Source of the DNA: the human T2T-CHM13v2.0 reference genome, Homo sapiens | Direction: 5' to 3' (one strand) | DNA length: 64,000 bases | Assembly: GCF_009914755.1 (NCBI RefSeq) | Contig: NC_060932.1 | In this document: positions 62,801 to 64,000 of the stretch, piece after piece | How positions within the stretch are numbered: position 1 is the first letter of the stretch | How the letters are laid out: every line of letters begins with the position of its first letter | Notes under the pieces: model-generated | What the model was told of the DNA's origin: nothing | What the model saw: the letters and a program-made list of their open reading frames with translations, nothing else | The model's database searches: none | Translations under genes and position numbers: made by a program

Positions 62801-63629
62801 GTTTTTCATTTCTTTTTCTGTCTTCTTGTGGGTTAGTTGAACATTATTTGAACATTATTAGAATTCCATTTTGGCTTATGTGCAGTAATTTTAAGTGTAT
62901 CTCATCAAGCTTTTTAATGATTGTTTTAGGTATTATATTTCACATTTCTAACTCATTACAGTTTACTGATATTGTGTTATTCCAGTTCAAGTGAAATATA
63001 GAATCTATACTTGCTCTTATGTTCCTTTACCCTTCCTCATGGAGAACCATATCAGATATTATTTTTGCTTCAACATGAAACATAGTTTAGAAAACTTAAG
63101 AGGAGACAGAAAGTCTGTGTACTCTATTTTTGCTTGCTGTATTCTCCCTTCTCTCCTGATATCCCAAAAATCCTTATTTTATTCTTAACTTTCTGTTTGG
63201 AGATCTTTACCTGTCCTTTTACTGTAGATCTGCTTATGACACATTTTTTTTGTTTGTTTTAGTTTCCCTTCATCTGAGAGTGTTTTGTTTTCTCCTTCAT
63301 TCCTGAAGTATATTTTTGCTGAATATAGAATTTGGGGTACTTTTTTTTAAAGCAATTGAAAAATGTCATGCTATTTCCTCCTGGCCTCTATGGTTTCTAA
63401 TGAAATATCTACTGTCATTTCATTTTTCCCCCTCTATACATAAGGTGTAGTTTTTCTCTTACTCCATTCAGTATTTTTTCTTTTATTTTCAAAAGTTTAT
63501 CCATGATGCGTTATGATTTCTTTGAGTTTACTCTGTTAGGGGCTAGCTCAGTTTCTTAATGTTTAGATTTTGTCTTTTGTCAAATATGGGAAGTTATTAG
63601 CAACTATTTTTTAAATTAATTAATTTTTA

Positions 63630-63936
63630 ACTTTATTTTATTTTATTATATTTTATTTATTTATTTATTTAGAGACGGAATCTCACTGTGTCACCCAGGC
63701 TGGAGTGCCGTGGTGTGATCTCAACTCACTGCAATGTCTGCCCACAGGCTCAAGTGATTCTCCTGCCTCAGCCTCTTGAGTAGCTGGGATGACAGGCACC
63801 CACCACCATGCCTAGCTGATTTTTGTATTGTTATTAGAGACGGGGTTTCACCATGTTGGCCAGGCTGGTCCCAAACTTCTGACCTCAGGTGATCCACCCA
63901 CCTTGGCCTCCCAAAGTGCTGGGATTACAGAGCCAC
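63630..63936 (-). mobile_element. AluS
   Basis: (TTTA)n tail and both arms. Confidence 0.9.
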
Positions 63937-64000
63937 TCTTTTTTGAAGTACATTTTCTGTTTCATCTTTTTATTTTTCTTGTACTGGACTCTGATGACTT

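Overview
Primate (almost certainly human) AT-rich genomic DNA, mostly intron. One clear coding exon lies at 1886-2067 (+); I recognise its peptide as VPS13B/COH1 (exon 17 by recalled numbering). The rest of the window is the following very large intron. That intron holds: (i) an antisense Alu monomer at ~18.6 kb that gives an in-frame 25-aa terminal exon, matching my recollection of the short 863-aa VPS13B isoform; (ii) a TSD-flanked IGF2BP2 processed pseudogene (40277-43625, -) that records an unusual mRNA, with a non-canonical GC-rich first exon and two internal exons missing; (iii) a human-specific L1HS-Ta fragment with no target-site duplication; (iv) many Alu, L1, L2, MIR, LTR and DNA-transposon relics, including MER85, MADE1 and Tigger4. 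I see no prokaryotic-type system, CRISPR array, tRNA or rRNA. Gene, isoform and repeat-subfamily names come from recognition, not database searches, and boundaries of old repeats are approximate.
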